Below, piece by piece: positions 42,546 to 52,006 of a stretch of 64,000 nt of DNA (position 1 is its first letter; every line of letters starts with the position of its first letter). The stretch lies in contig CAVSHR010000004.1 of the NCBI GenBank assembly GCA_963727625.1, positions 1,408,001 to 1,472,000 on the forward strand, read 5' to 3'. The notes beneath the pieces were generated by a model. The model searched no databases. It was not told the origin of the DNA and saw nothing but the letters and a program-made list of their open reading frames with translations. The position numbers and the translations under genes are program-made. The DNA is from an uncultured delta proteobacterium (GTDB lineage Bacteria; Desulfobacterota; Binatia; UBA9968).

Positions 42546-43025
42546 ATGAGTCGTTCCCCTAAGTTCTCGACCGACCGTTCCGGAGTTGTGTTACCGCCGC
42601 CTCTGATCTATGTCGCCTTTTTCCTCGCCGGCATGGGTTTAGAGCGTTACGTGACGTTGGCGCGATTGCCGGTCGGAACCGGACGTGTGTTGGGCGCGCT
42701 GTTCGGCTTCGCTTGTCTGATGCTTACGACCTGGAGCATCCGACGCTTCTGGGCGTCCGGGACGAGTATCGTTCCGATACGCCCCACCACTGCGTTGGTC
42801 ATCGACGGTCCGTATCGGTTCACTCGAAACCCGATGTACCTGGGTTTGCTGTTGCTGTACGCTGGTGTCGCGTCCTGGTTTGGACTCCTTTGGCCGTTGC
42901 TCCTGGCTCCTGCCCTTGTATGGGTGATGGGCGCGAACGTGATCGGCCGCGAAGAGCGTTATCTGGAGCGCAAGTTCGGCGATAAATACCGGGGCTATCA
43001 AGCGCAAGTTCGGCGCTGGTTGTAG
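42546..43025 (+). CDS. Isoprenylcysteine carboxylmethyltransferase/PEMT family membrane protein
   Basis: LPPPLIY, GPYRFTRNPMYLG, EERYLERKFG, VRRWL. Confidence 0.88.
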   Translation: MSRSPKFSTDRSGVVLPPPLIYVAFFLAGMGLERYVTLARLPVGTGRVLGALFGFACLMLTTWSIRRFWASGTSIVPIRPTTALVIDGPYRFTRNPMYLGLLLLYAGVASWFGLLWPLLLAPALVWVMGANVIGREERYLERKFGDKYRGYQAQVRRWL

Positions 43026-43096
43026 GCGGCAACGTTGACAGGTCGGTGCCATCCTGTCTATCTTTCTTAAACCCTATTTCACAGGAGGCGAAAACC

Positions 43097-44068
43097 ATGA
43101 AAGCCATTCGCATCCACCAGTTTGGTTCCTCGGAAGATGTGCTCCAATACGAAGATGTCCCTGTGCCGGAACCGAAAGCCGGCGAAGTTTTGATCAAAGT
43201 CGAAGCGGCTTCGCTCAATCGAGCCGATCTTGGCCTACGAAAGGGCAACTATCGAATCTCGCCGGATCAATTGCCGGTAATTCCGGGCCGCGAATTCGCC
43301 GGTACGGTGGATAAGGTCGGCGCCGGTATAAGTGAATACAAAGCCGGCCAGCGCGTCGTCGGTTACCCCAGCCTCGGCGGCTACGCGGAATACGCCGTCG
43401 CGAAAACTGCCGATGTGCGGCCCATTCCCGACGGCGTCACATCGGCTCAGGCCGCCGCGCTGCCAACCGCGTTTCTGACCGCCTGGTTCGGGCTCAAAAC
43501 CGATGGCAATCTCAAAACCGGCGAATGGCTGCTCGTGCAAGGCGGCAGCAGCGGCGTCGGCACAGCGGCCATTCAAATCGCCAAGCATTGGGGCGCCAAG
43601 ATCATTGCCACCACCGGCAGCGAAGAGAAGGCGCGGCGGCTGCGCAAGCTCGGCGCCGACGTGACCATCGATGTCTCTCAATCCGATTTTCTGCCGGAAG
43701 CCAAGCGCGTGACCGACAACCGCGGTGTCGACGTGGTGCTGGAAATGATCGGCGGTGAGGTTTATCAAAAAAGTCTACACGCGCTTGCGCCGGGCGGCCG
43801 CTTGTTTTCCATTGGCGGCGCGTTCGGCGCCATCCCCGAGGCCCCGCCGGCATTGGCCGAAAACCGCAAGGCGACGCGCTTTTCGATAACCAATTACTTG
43901 AAGGCCAACCCGGAAGATTTCAAGCAGCTCGATGAGATCCTCAATCTGGTGGCGGAAAACAAGTTTCAAGTCGTCATCGGCAAGAGTTTTCCGCTGGCCG
44001 AAACCCGCGCAGCGCAGCGCTACCTTGAAGGGCGCGAACACTTTGGCAAAGTCATGTTGACGATGTAA
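43097..44068 (+). CDS. NADPH:quinone oxidoreductase (MDR family)
   Basis: MKAIRIHQFG, PGREFAG, GGYAEY, GGSSGVG, HFGKV. Confidence 0.9.
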   Translation: MKAIRIHQFGSSEDVLQYEDVPVPEPKAGEVLIKVEAASLNRADLGLRKGNYRISPDQLPVIPGREFAGTVDKVGAGISEYKAGQRVVGYPSLGGYAEYAVAKTADVRPIPDGVTSAQAAALPTAFLTAWFGLKTDGNLKTGEWLLVQGGSSGVGTAAIQIAKHWGAKIIATTGSEEKARRLRKLGADVTIDVSQSDFLPEAKRVTDNRGVDVVLEMIGGEVYQKSLHALAPGGRLFSIGGAFGAIPEAPPALAENRKATRFSITNYLKANPEDFKQLDEILNLVAENKFQVVIGKSFPLAETRAAQRYLEGREHFGKVMLTM

Positions 44069-44175
44069 CGGGGTTATGGATCATCTTCGGGGGAAAAGGA
44101 GTTAAGATAAAAACCCGAGGAAGCATCCCACCAACGCCAACAATCAGTACCGCAATTGAAAGGAGACCCGTCACC

Positions 44176-44673
44176 ATGTCATTCAAAATCAAACGCGTCG
44201 GCCATCTGGTTCTTAAGGTGAAAGACCTCGAACGCTCGCGCAAGTTCTTCACCGAAGTCTTGGGCTTTCCGCAGGTCGGCGAAAACGATCGCGGCATGCT
44301 TTTTTTCAGCACCGACGTGAACGACAACCATCACATGCTGGCGATCAGAGAAGGCAAGCCAGGCGCGCCAATGCCGGATCCCGAGCAGATCGGCATGGAG
44401 CATGTATCCTTCGAAGTTGGCACGTTTGCCGAGTTGCAAGAAGCCTATCGAACGTTTCAGGAGCACAACGTGAAGCTGCGCCACACGATATTTCACGGCG
44501 TCGCCAAGAGCATTTATTTCTACGATCCCGACGGTAATCTGCTCGAAGTCTACTGCAACGTCCCGCCGGAAGAATACCGCAAGACCTGCTCCAACCCCTA
44601 TTACAATTACGGCGGCATCGAAGATGAGCTCTCGGGAAAGGTTCCACAGCGGCCAGGAACCGTAGCACCCTAG
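44176..44673 (+). CDS. VOC/glyoxalase family protein
   Basis: GHLVLKVKDLERS, EHVSF, IYFYDPDGNLLE. Confidence 0.9.
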   Translation: MSFKIKRVGHLVLKVKDLERSRKFFTEVLGFPQVGENDRGMLFFSTDVNDNHHMLAIREGKPGAPMPDPEQIGMEHVSFEVGTFAELQEAYRTFQEHNVKLRHTIFHGVAKSIYFYDPDGNLLEVYCNVPPEEYRKTCSNPYYNYGGIEDELSGKVPQRPGTVAP

Positions 44674-44822
44674 TTGATTTCGGCCTATTTTCCTTAGCCA
44701 TCTTCGCGTGTTTGCGCGCAAATCGTGAGTCGCGGTCGTGGTCGGACGAAGACGACTCGTGGGCACGATTAACGTGACAAATCATATGGCCCCTTCCCCA
44801 TCGCTCTGCTAAGATACACCGA

Positions 44823-45878
44823 ATGGACGCGGGAGAATCCAAAGAAAAACCGGCCAATCCGAACTTGCCCGCCGAACCGCCCGACCTCGGCGCCATGAGC
44901 GATGACCAGCTCCTGGCCATGCGCATCTGCGATTTGAAGCTCAAGATTCCCGGCACCGAGCTGGAATCGCGAATACAAATATTCTACGCCGAGCTCGACG
45001 CGAAAAATATTTTGGTGAAACCGATCTGCTACTTGGGCGAGGAATGGTACTGCCCCGAAGGCTGCGCCACCATCGCCATTCCCTTCTACCTCAGCCATCC
45101 GCGCTTAAAAAAGCTCGAAGAGAAAATGATGCTGGAAGTGGAAGGCGGCACCGAGGCCTGGTGTCTGCGCCTGCTCCGCCACGAGATGGGCCACGTGTTC
45201 AACCACGCCTACCTCCTGGAAAAAGACAAAACCTGGCAAAAACTTTTCGGGCCGGTGTCGCTCGAGTACTCCGAGAGCTTTCGCGCGCGGCCCTACAGCC
45301 GCGGCTTCGTGCGCCATCTGGACGGCTACTACGCGCAAAGTCACCCGGAGGAAGACTTCGCTGAAACCGTGGCGATCTGGCTAACCCCGGATCTCGATTG
45401 GCGCCACCAGTACCGCGGCTGGAAGGCGCTGACCAAGCTGGAATATGTCGACGAGCTGATGAACCGGCTCGCCGGCAAGCCTCCGATGGTCTTTGTCAAA
45501 ACCAAGATGAGCGAGGCTTCGCGCCTGCGCTCGCGTTTAGCGCTTTACTACAAGCGCAGGCGTAAAACCTACGCGGAGGACTTTCCGGAATTTTTCGACG
45601 CCGATTTGCGCCGGCTGTTCATCGACGCAGCGGCGGCGCCGGACAACGAGCGCGCCGCCGCCTTTCTGCGCCGTTCGAGCAAAATGATCCTGCAAGCGGT
45701 TTCCACCTGGACCGGCGAACCCAAGTTCACTCTCAACCGTCTGTTGCGCGCCTTGACCGAGCGCTGCGCCGAGCTGGAGCTGCGTTTACGCAATCCATCC
45801 GCCGCAGTCGAGGTTACTGCCTTTTTGGCGACACTCGCGTCCCATTACCGTCTGACCGGAAAATTCAAGAAATCCTGA
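44823..45878 (+). CDS. Putative zinc-binding metallopeptidase (zincin, Peptidase_Mx-like)
   Basis: IPFYLSHP, RHEMGH (HExxH), YAQSHPEEDFAET. Confidence 0.8.
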   Translation: MDAGESKEKPANPNLPAEPPDLGAMSDDQLLAMRICDLKLKIPGTELESRIQIFYAELDAKNILVKPICYLGEEWYCPEGCATIAIPFYLSHPRLKKLEEKMMLEVEGGTEAWCLRLLRHEMGHVFNHAYLLEKDKTWQKLFGPVSLEYSESFRARPYSRGFVRHLDGYYAQSHPEEDFAETVAIWLTPDLDWRHQYRGWKALTKLEYVDELMNRLAGKPPMVFVKTKMSEASRLRSRLALYYKRRRKTYAEDFPEFFDADLRRLFIDAAAAPDNERAAAFLRRSSKMILQAVSTWTGEPKFTLNRLLRALTERCAELELRLRNPSAAVEVTAFLATLASHYRLTGKFKKS

Positions 45879-45881
45879 GCT

Positions 45882-46901
45882 ATGACCCGAACGAGAAAAC
45901 GTTACAAAGTGCTCGTGCTCTTCGATACCGCAGGCACGCCGCCAGTGGATCAAGATTTTACCACGGAATTGAAAACTGACGACTGGGCGGCGGAAGCCAA
46001 CATAATCGAAGCGCTGGGCAAACTCGGCCACGAAGTCCGCACCATCGGCGTTTGGGACGAGCCCGGCATGATCATCGACGAAATCAAAGCCAATCCGCCC
46101 GACGTCGTCTTTAACTTGACCGAACATTTCAACGAAGTGTCCGCCTATGATCGTAACGTCGCCGGCCTGCTCGAAATGATGGGCGTACCTTACACCGGCT
46201 CGAGCCCCACAGGTCTGACACTCTGCAAAAACAAAGGCATGGCGAAGGAGCTTTTGGCCTATCACAAAATTCGCGTGCCGAATTTCGCGATTTTTTCGCC
46301 GGGCGCGGCAATTAAACGACCGAGCCGCCTGCAATTCCCGCTCTTCATCAAGCCCGCCGCCGAGGAAGCTTCCTACGGCATATCCTTGGACTCTTTCGTC
46401 GAGAACGACGAAGCCTTCGAGGAAAGAATTCGTTTCATTCACGAGCGAATGAATCAAGCGGCGCTAGCCGAGGAGTATATCGAAGGGCGAGAGATTTACG
46501 TGAGCTTGCTCGGCAACGACCGTTTGCGAGTGTTTCCCTTCCGCGAGGTGATCTTTACCGAGTTCCCCGAAGACCAGCCGAAGTTTTCCACCTTTAAAGC
46601 CAAATGGGACGATGCCTATCGCAAGCGCTGGGGCATTCAGAATGTCTTCGCCGAACCGTTCGCCAACGGCACCAGCCAGCGGATTGTAAAAATCTGCAAG
46701 GCGGTTTACCGCGCGCTGCGCATCCGGGGCTATGGCCGAATGGACTTGCGGGTCACGCCGGAGGGAGAAGTCGTCATTTTGGAAGCCAACCCCAATCCCA
46801 ACCTGGAGCGCGACGACGAGTTCGCCCAGTCGGCGATGAAAGCCGGCTTCACCTACGAGCGGCTGATTCAACGCATTCTGCGCTTGGCGTTGTCGAAATA
46901 A
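45882..46901 (+). CDS. D-Ala-D-Ala-ligase-like ATP-grasp enzyme (divergent)
   Basis: PDVVFNL, PYTGS, FIKP..EEASYGI, EEYIEGRE, YGRMDLR, LEANPNP. Confidence 0.85.
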   Translation: MTRTRKRYKVLVLFDTAGTPPVDQDFTTELKTDDWAAEANIIEALGKLGHEVRTIGVWDEPGMIIDEIKANPPDVVFNLTEHFNEVSAYDRNVAGLLEMMGVPYTGSSPTGLTLCKNKGMAKELLAYHKIRVPNFAIFSPGAAIKRPSRLQFPLFIKPAAEEASYGISLDSFVENDEAFEERIRFIHERMNQAALAEEYIEGREIYVSLLGNDRLRVFPFREVIFTEFPEDQPKFSTFKAKWDDAYRKRWGIQNVFAEPFANGTSQRIVKICKAVYRALRIRGYGRMDLRVTPEGEVVILEANPNPNLERDDEFAQSAMKAGFTYERLIQRILRLALSK

Positions 46902-46918
46902 TTTTGCACCTCGATCGA

Positions 46919-48277
46919 ATGGAATTCAAAACTCCCGACATCAAAATTCAACCGGGCGAATTACCGCCGGCTTGGGACCGCCGCGTGCTCTTTTTCTCCA
47001 ACATCCACTCGATCTTCTACGGTAATGTCGAGGAGACCCGGCAATTGCTCGGCGAAATCTCCGGCGCTGACTCCTACGGCGGACGGGTCATGCCGATTCT
47101 CGATCTGCTCTTCCGGCGCCAGCCCAATTTGATGCTGCTCGAAGTCGCCCCCCGAGAAAGCCTGTTGCAGTACTTCAAGCGGGAGCTTGGCCTGTCCTTG
47201 CCCGATTATGAAATACTAAATTTGACCGATTACGACAAACTCGCCGCGGACTCGGCGCGCGACGATCGACTCTTCGCGCAATTGCGCGAACATCCCGCGG
47301 AATGGGTCGACGGCTTCGTCACCGATGCCAAGCTGGCGAAAATCGCCGAGCTGTTGGGGAAAAAAACTGTCAGCACTCTGGACGGCAGCAAGAACGGCAA
47401 CAACAAGTATCTTATCTACCGCCATCAAGTCGAGCAAAAGCTGCCCGCCTTTGATACTCTGATCGCGTCCGATCATGCTGAGGCGCGCAAAGCGCTTGGC
47501 GACCTGCGCGCGATGGGCTACCGCAAAGCGGTCGTTAAAGCCCAGATCGGTGCTTCAGGCTACGGCATGCTCATCGTCAACTTCGACAGTTCAGAGTTAC
47601 CCGCGGCGCCTGATTTTCTTTTCTTCGAAGGACCCTGCATGGTGCAAGGTTGGATCGAGGACGGCGTCCTCGGCATACGCAAGATCGCCTCGCCCAGCGT
47701 CCAACTATTCGTCAACGACGACATGGTTTTTCTCTACGACATGACCGAACAGATCCTGAGCGAGCAAAGCGTGCACCAAGGCAACATGTCACCGCCGCCC
47801 GTGGCTGAAGAACATCCCGATATCGGGCGCGAACTGTGGCGCCAGGCCGGCATCGCCGGCGCCTGGCTGCACCAGCAGGGCTACCGCGGCACCGGCAGCG
47901 TAGACTTTTTAATCGTCGAACGAAGCGGCAGGTTGGAAACGATTATCTGTGAGATCAACGCGCGCGTGACCGGCGCCACCTATCCGGCTTTTCTCGCCAG
48001 CTATTTCAAGCCCAAAGGGGATTGGCTTATGCGAAATATCGGCTTTCGCAAGCCGTTGGATGGAACCGACCTCATCGCCCTGATGGACCGCGCCGGTGTG
48101 TTGTATCGACGGGGCGCGAACCGGGGAATCATTCCGTTCAATTTCAACACCGACGCCGACGGCCAAGTGCTCAAGGGACAGTTCGTCTGCCTCGGCAGCA
48201 ATATCGACGACTGCGCGGCCCTGATCAATCGTGCCTGGTCCAAATTGCCTGTGGAGTGGAGATATGACCGCGACTGA
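46919..48277 (+). CDS. ATP-grasp ligase, PGM1-like (pre-ATP-grasp + ATP-grasp)
   Basis: NNKY, AVVKAQIGASGYG, SPSVQ, EQIL...HQGN, GYRG.GSVDF, EINARVTGATYP; ATG 46919. Confidence 0.7.
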   Translation: MEFKTPDIKIQPGELPPAWDRRVLFFSNIHSIFYGNVEETRQLLGEISGADSYGGRVMPILDLLFRRQPNLMLLEVAPRESLLQYFKRELGLSLPDYEILNLTDYDKLAADSARDDRLFAQLREHPAEWVDGFVTDAKLAKIAELLGKKTVSTLDGSKNGNNKYLIYRHQVEQKLPAFDTLIASDHAEARKALGDLRAMGYRKAVVKAQIGASGYGMLIVNFDSSELPAAPDFLFFEGPCMVQGWIEDGVLGIRKIASPSVQLFVNDDMVFLYDMTEQILSEQSVHQGNMSPPPVAEEHPDIGRELWRQAGIAGAWLHQQGYRGTGSVDFLIVERSGRLETIICEINARVTGATYPAFLASYFKPKGDWLMRNIGFRKPLDGTDLIALMDRAGVLYRRGANRGIIPFNFNTDADGQVLKGQFVCLGSNIDDCAALINRAWSKLPVEWRYDRD

Positions 48278-49388
48278 AGAAACCTCTGCGCTGCGCCAGC
48301 GCCTCGTACAACTGACCAGGGATATGATTCTTATCCCGAGCACCGTCGACCGCCCGGAAGAGATCGAACGCTGCATGGAATTCGTCATTCATCATGCCGA
48401 GACTTCCGAGCATGTCACGGTGCACCGCTACCGCGAGGGCGGCGACCCCTCCACCGTCTTTCTCCCGAAGAACGCGGCAACGCCGATGGTACTGCTGTTG
48501 GCCCATCTCGACGTGGTCTCCTTGCCGCCCGGCACGGACTACCACTCCACGCTGCGCGACGGCAGAATTTTCGGCCCGGGCTCGGGAGATATGAAGGGCG
48601 AGCTGGCGATACTGCTGGAAGTTTTTCGCGTCATTCACGAACGCCATCCCGGTGCGTCGTTGGGTCTGGCGGTAACCTCCGACGAAGAACGGGGCGGCGC
48701 TCACGGTACGCGCTATCTTTTCGAGCAGGTCGGCCTTCGCTGCGGTACCGCCATCATTCCTGACTCCGGCTCACTGAACGAGATCGCCGTGGAGGAGAAA
48801 GGTACGCTGCGTATAAAGATTCTTGCGCGCGGCACGGCCGGTCACGGCAGCCGGCCCTGGCTGGCGGATAATGCTTGTGAACGGATGATCGGCACGCTCG
48901 GCAGGATTCGCGCCCACTTTGACACTTTCAAAGACAACGAAAAACACTGGTACCCGACCTGTGCCGTAACGGTCTGGGAAACACCCAATCGCGTGCCCAA
49001 CCGGATACCCGCTTCCGCAACGGTCACCCTTGATGTGCGCTTCCCCCCACCGCATACCGTTGCCCAGATGTCATCGAGCATCAGGGCGTTGTTGGACGAG
49101 CAGCTGGAGACGCAAGTGCTGCTGGCCACCGAGGCGACTTCCATGGCATCGGACCCACTCTATCTAAAAGTCTCCGAAGAGATCACCGGCCGGCCGGCGC
49201 GTTTGATCAGCGAGCATGGCGGCAGCGACGCTCGCTATATCGCGCAATACGGCATTCCTGTAATCATGACTCGTCCTTACGTCGGCCGGCTACACGCGTA
49301 TGAAGAATGGGTGGACATCGCTTCCATGGAAACTCTTTACCGGATCTATGAGCGCTACATCGAAAAAAAATTGGGTTTCATCGACTGA
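48264..49388 (+). CDS. M20/M25/M40 metallopeptidase (ArgE/DapE-like)
   Basis: AHLDVV, GPGSGDMKG, SDEERGG, GHGS, GGSDAR, LHAYEE; overlaps upstream stop. Confidence 0.9.
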   Translation: MTATEETSALRQRLVQLTRDMILIPSTVDRPEEIERCMEFVIHHAETSEHVTVHRYREGGDPSTVFLPKNAATPMVLLLAHLDVVSLPPGTDYHSTLRDGRIFGPGSGDMKGELAILLEVFRVIHERHPGASLGLAVTSDEERGGAHGTRYLFEQVGLRCGTAIIPDSGSLNEIAVEEKGTLRIKILARGTAGHGSRPWLADNACERMIGTLGRIRAHFDTFKDNEKHWYPTCAVTVWETPNRVPNRIPASATVTLDVRFPPPHTVAQMSSSIRALLDEQLETQVLLATEATSMASDPLYLKVSEEITGRPARLISEHGGSDARYIAQYGIPVIMTRPYVGRLHAYEEWVDIASMETLYRIYERYIEKKLGFID

Positions 49389-49452
49389 TCACCAGCGTTC
49401 CCGCGTCCTCGCGGCGACTGCTCATGCCGGTCTATGCTTTCCGCGCCTGGTA

Positions 49453-50667
49453 TTGATCCGATTTCTCATCGTTCTGGCTTGCATCTCGGCTAAGCCGCTA
49501 TTTGCTTATGACGCGCCGATGCGAGTCTTCATCCTCGACAGCGCCGCGCTCATTCTCGCCAAGCAAACGATTCACAGCGGCGATATTTCCCTCGCGCCGG
49601 CGCTCGCAAGGCTACGACGTGACGCCGATCGCGCTCTGGAAAACCCAATCGACCCAGTCGCGAATAAAACATTCAGCCCGCCGAGCGGCGATAAGCACGA
49701 CTACATGAGTATTGCGCCCTATTGGTGGCCGAATCCGCGCACGTCGGATGGCCTGCCTTACATTCGCCGCGACGGTGAAGTGAACCCCGAGCGGGATCGG
49801 ATTTCGGATCGTAAGCACCTCGACACCATGGTCCAAGCCGTCAAGACTCTGGCCCTCGCCTACTTTTTTACCGACGGCGAAAAATACGCAAAGCGCGCCA
49901 CCAAACTACTACGCGCCTGGTTCATCGACGACACTACCAAGATGAATCCACATCTTCGCTTCGCTCAGGCAGTGCCCGGGCGAAACCAAATTCGCGGCAC
50001 GGGAATCATCGAAACCCATAATTTGCCAGAGCTGATCGATGCCGTCGGCCTACTGGGTTCTTCGCCCGTGTGGAGCAAAAATGAGCACGCTCGATTGCAA
50101 AACTGGTTTGGCGATTATCTCAATTGGCTAACCAAGAGTCCCGAGGGAAAAGCTGAGACGAAAGCGCAAAACAACCACGGTAGCTGGTACGACACCCAAA
50201 TCGCTTCATATGCGCTCTTCGTCGGCCGGGACGAATTGGCCAAGCGGGTACTTGGAAATTTCGCCGTCAAGCGGATTGTTAGGCAACTCGGAATCGACGG
50301 CAGCCAGCCTCAAGAGCTCGCGCGCACGCGATCCTGGCACTACGCGATTTTCAATCTCGCAGCGATGTTTAACGCCGCAGCGATCGCTGACCGGCTGGGA
50401 ATCGACCTGTGGAATTACCAGAGCACCGACCAACGCAGCATTCGCAAAGCGCTGGATTGGCTGGCGTCCTATGCGGCTGGAGAAAGAACCTGGACCTATA
50501 AACAGCTATCGCCGATTCAGCCGGAGAAACTCGCGCCGCTCTTGCGCCGCGCAACGCTTCGCTATCGCGAGCCGGCTTACGAGAAAGCGCTGCTCAAACT
50601 ACCGAATCTCAAGCGCGATGAGCGTTGGCAACTTCTGCACGCAACGATACCGCCGGCAAAATGGTAA
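49453..50667 (+). CDS. Exported alginate-lyase family protein
   Basis: PPSGDKHDYMSIAPYWWPNP, RRDGEVNP, MNPHL, NNHGSW, ELARTRSWHY; start approximate. Confidence 0.85.
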   Translation: MIRFLIVLACISAKPLFAYDAPMRVFILDSAALILAKQTIHSGDISLAPALARLRRDADRALENPIDPVANKTFSPPSGDKHDYMSIAPYWWPNPRTSDGLPYIRRDGEVNPERDRISDRKHLDTMVQAVKTLALAYFFTDGEKYAKRATKLLRAWFIDDTTKMNPHLRFAQAVPGRNQIRGTGIIETHNLPELIDAVGLLGSSPVWSKNEHARLQNWFGDYLNWLTKSPEGKAETKAQNNHGSWYDTQIASYALFVGRDELAKRVLGNFAVKRIVRQLGIDGSQPQELARTRSWHYAIFNLAAMFNAAAIADRLGIDLWNYQSTDQRSIRKALDWLASYAAGERTWTYKQLSPIQPEKLAPLLRRATLRYREPAYEKALLKLPNLKRDERWQLLHATIPPAKW

Positions 50668-50694
50668 GGGCGGGTATTTAACCCGCCCTTACCA
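50662..50694. terminator. Perfect 14-bp hairpin (REP-like or terminator) between convergent genes
   Basis: TGGTAAGGGCGGGT-ATTTA-ACCCGCCCTTACCA. Confidence 0.65.
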
Positions 50695-50784
50695 GGTTCA
50701 TTTCGGACTCCTGTCCGTCACGCTTTTTGTCGCCCGCGCAAATCTTCCAGAGGCTAGTTTGATTTTGTCGGCCTGGAAGATCAC

Positions 50785-50860
50785 TCACCGCGGAGGCACG
50801 GAATACGCCGGGGTAAAAGTTTTTAATCGAAAAATATCCGAACCCTGGCCTCTGTGGTGA
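50785..50860. repeat. Imperfect inverted-repeat element
   Basis: TCACCGCGGAGG...CCTCTGTGGTGA (10/12) around an AT-rich spacer. Confidence 0.45.
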
Positions 50861-50904
50861 ATGCCTTTTTTGCGATTCTGCTGCGCTGTGAAGCGTCGCC
50901 GATT

Positions 50905-51456
50905 TTATTTTCGGCCGATCTTGGTGAACTCTTCGAGAAAGGTTCCCGCCTTGTAATTCGGGTTGATCTTCGGCTTGTCGCCTTTGTAGACGATGTTGAG
51001 CTCGCCCAGGTATTCTTGAATCGGCAGCGGTTTGATCGCGAACACCATCGCCGGCTCGTCGCTGGTGACATGATGCTGATGCCACACGCCCTGGCCGATG
51101 TACATCGTATCGCCCGGCTTCCATTCGATGCGCTCTTCGTCGAGCAAGCTATACCCTTGGCCGCGCAGAACGATGATAATCGCTTCGTTATGCTTGTGGG
51201 TCACTGAATGGGAATGGGGCGGATAGATATGGCAGTCCACCTCGATGATACGATTTTCGAAGCCGAGCTCCTGGGAGACCAGCGGCCCCATCCACACGCC
51301 GTTTTGCTCTTCCCACTCGACCTTGACGTCTTCGCCCTTGATCGCCTTGCGGCCGGCCTTGCGACGGGCGATGTCCGCCTTGACCCGTTCCGCCCGCGAT
51401 TTGAATAGCGAGCTTTTCCCTTCGAACCACTTCTCGTTGCTGTCATGATCTGCCAT
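50905..51456 (-). CDS. Cupin-domain protein
   Basis: HKHNEA..VLRGQG, WKPGD.MYI..GVWHQH. Confidence 0.88.
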   Translation of the reverse strand: MADHDSNEKWFEGKSSLFKSRAERVKADIARRKAGRKAIKGEDVKVEWEEQNGVWMGPLVSQELGFENRIIEVDCHIYPPHSHSVTHKHNEAIIIVLRGQGYSLLDEERIEWKPGDTMYIGQGVWHQHHVTSDEPAMVFAIKPLPIQEYLGELNIVYKGDKPKINPNYKAGTFLEEFTKIGRK

Positions 51457-51566
51457 GAAGTTCTTCCCTTCCTGAATTAAGCTTTACGGACGGGGGTGAC
51501 GACCATCCGTGCCGATTCATTTCTGTTATATGCGCGGAATGCGTATGTCAAGAAAGGAACATTGCT

Positions 51567-51697
51567 GGTAGTGGATCAGACAAGACCCAAGCCAACCCTG
51601 CGCATCAACAGAGATTCCTCGCTCCGCTCGGAATGACAACTTAGCCGTCTGTCATCCCGAACAAAGAGAGTGATCTGGACCCAACCGAACCGCTACC
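51567..51697. mobile_element. Possible MITE-like element with internal inverted TGTCAT-type repeats
   Basis: ends GGTAGTGGATCAG / CCGAACCGCTACC; internal AGATTCCTCGCTCCGCTCGGAATGACA and TGTCATCCCGAACAAAGAGAGTGATCT. Confidence 0.4.
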
Positions 51698-51796
51698 GTA
51701 TCGCATAAAAACGACGAAGAAATAAGTTAGCAAGGCGTGAGCTGTTGAGTTTAAACCGGAAAATAATCGCTAATTCATTGACTCACTGAACCCTGC

Positions 51797-51988
51797 CTAA
51801 TTCAGCCACTCCTTCACGTCGCCTTTCATGATCACGTCAAGGATTTCCTTGCAGTCGTTGATCGCTTGATCCATCACCTTGGGTTCCTTGGCGTGAGCCA
51901 CGCCCTGCTTGACCGCGCCGTGGAGCGCGCGCACGACTTCCAAGAGATGCTCATCTAATTTTCCCGTATTCGGTACTGCTTGCGGCAT
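51797..51988 (-). CDS. Small helical hypothetical protein
   Basis: AGGAGGAG RBS; 18 nt after the diiron gene stop. Confidence 0.75.
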   Translation of the reverse strand: MPQAVPNTGKLDEHLLEVVRALHGAVKQGVAHAKEPKVMDQAINDCKEILDVIMKGDVKEWLN

Positions 51989-52006
51989 AACTCCTCCTTG
52001 CCTGGA

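Noticed and set aside
46604-46918. 105-aa N-terminal extension of the ATP-grasp ORF
   Set aside because: Overlaps the Ddl-like gene in another frame; ATG 46919 is the sensible start
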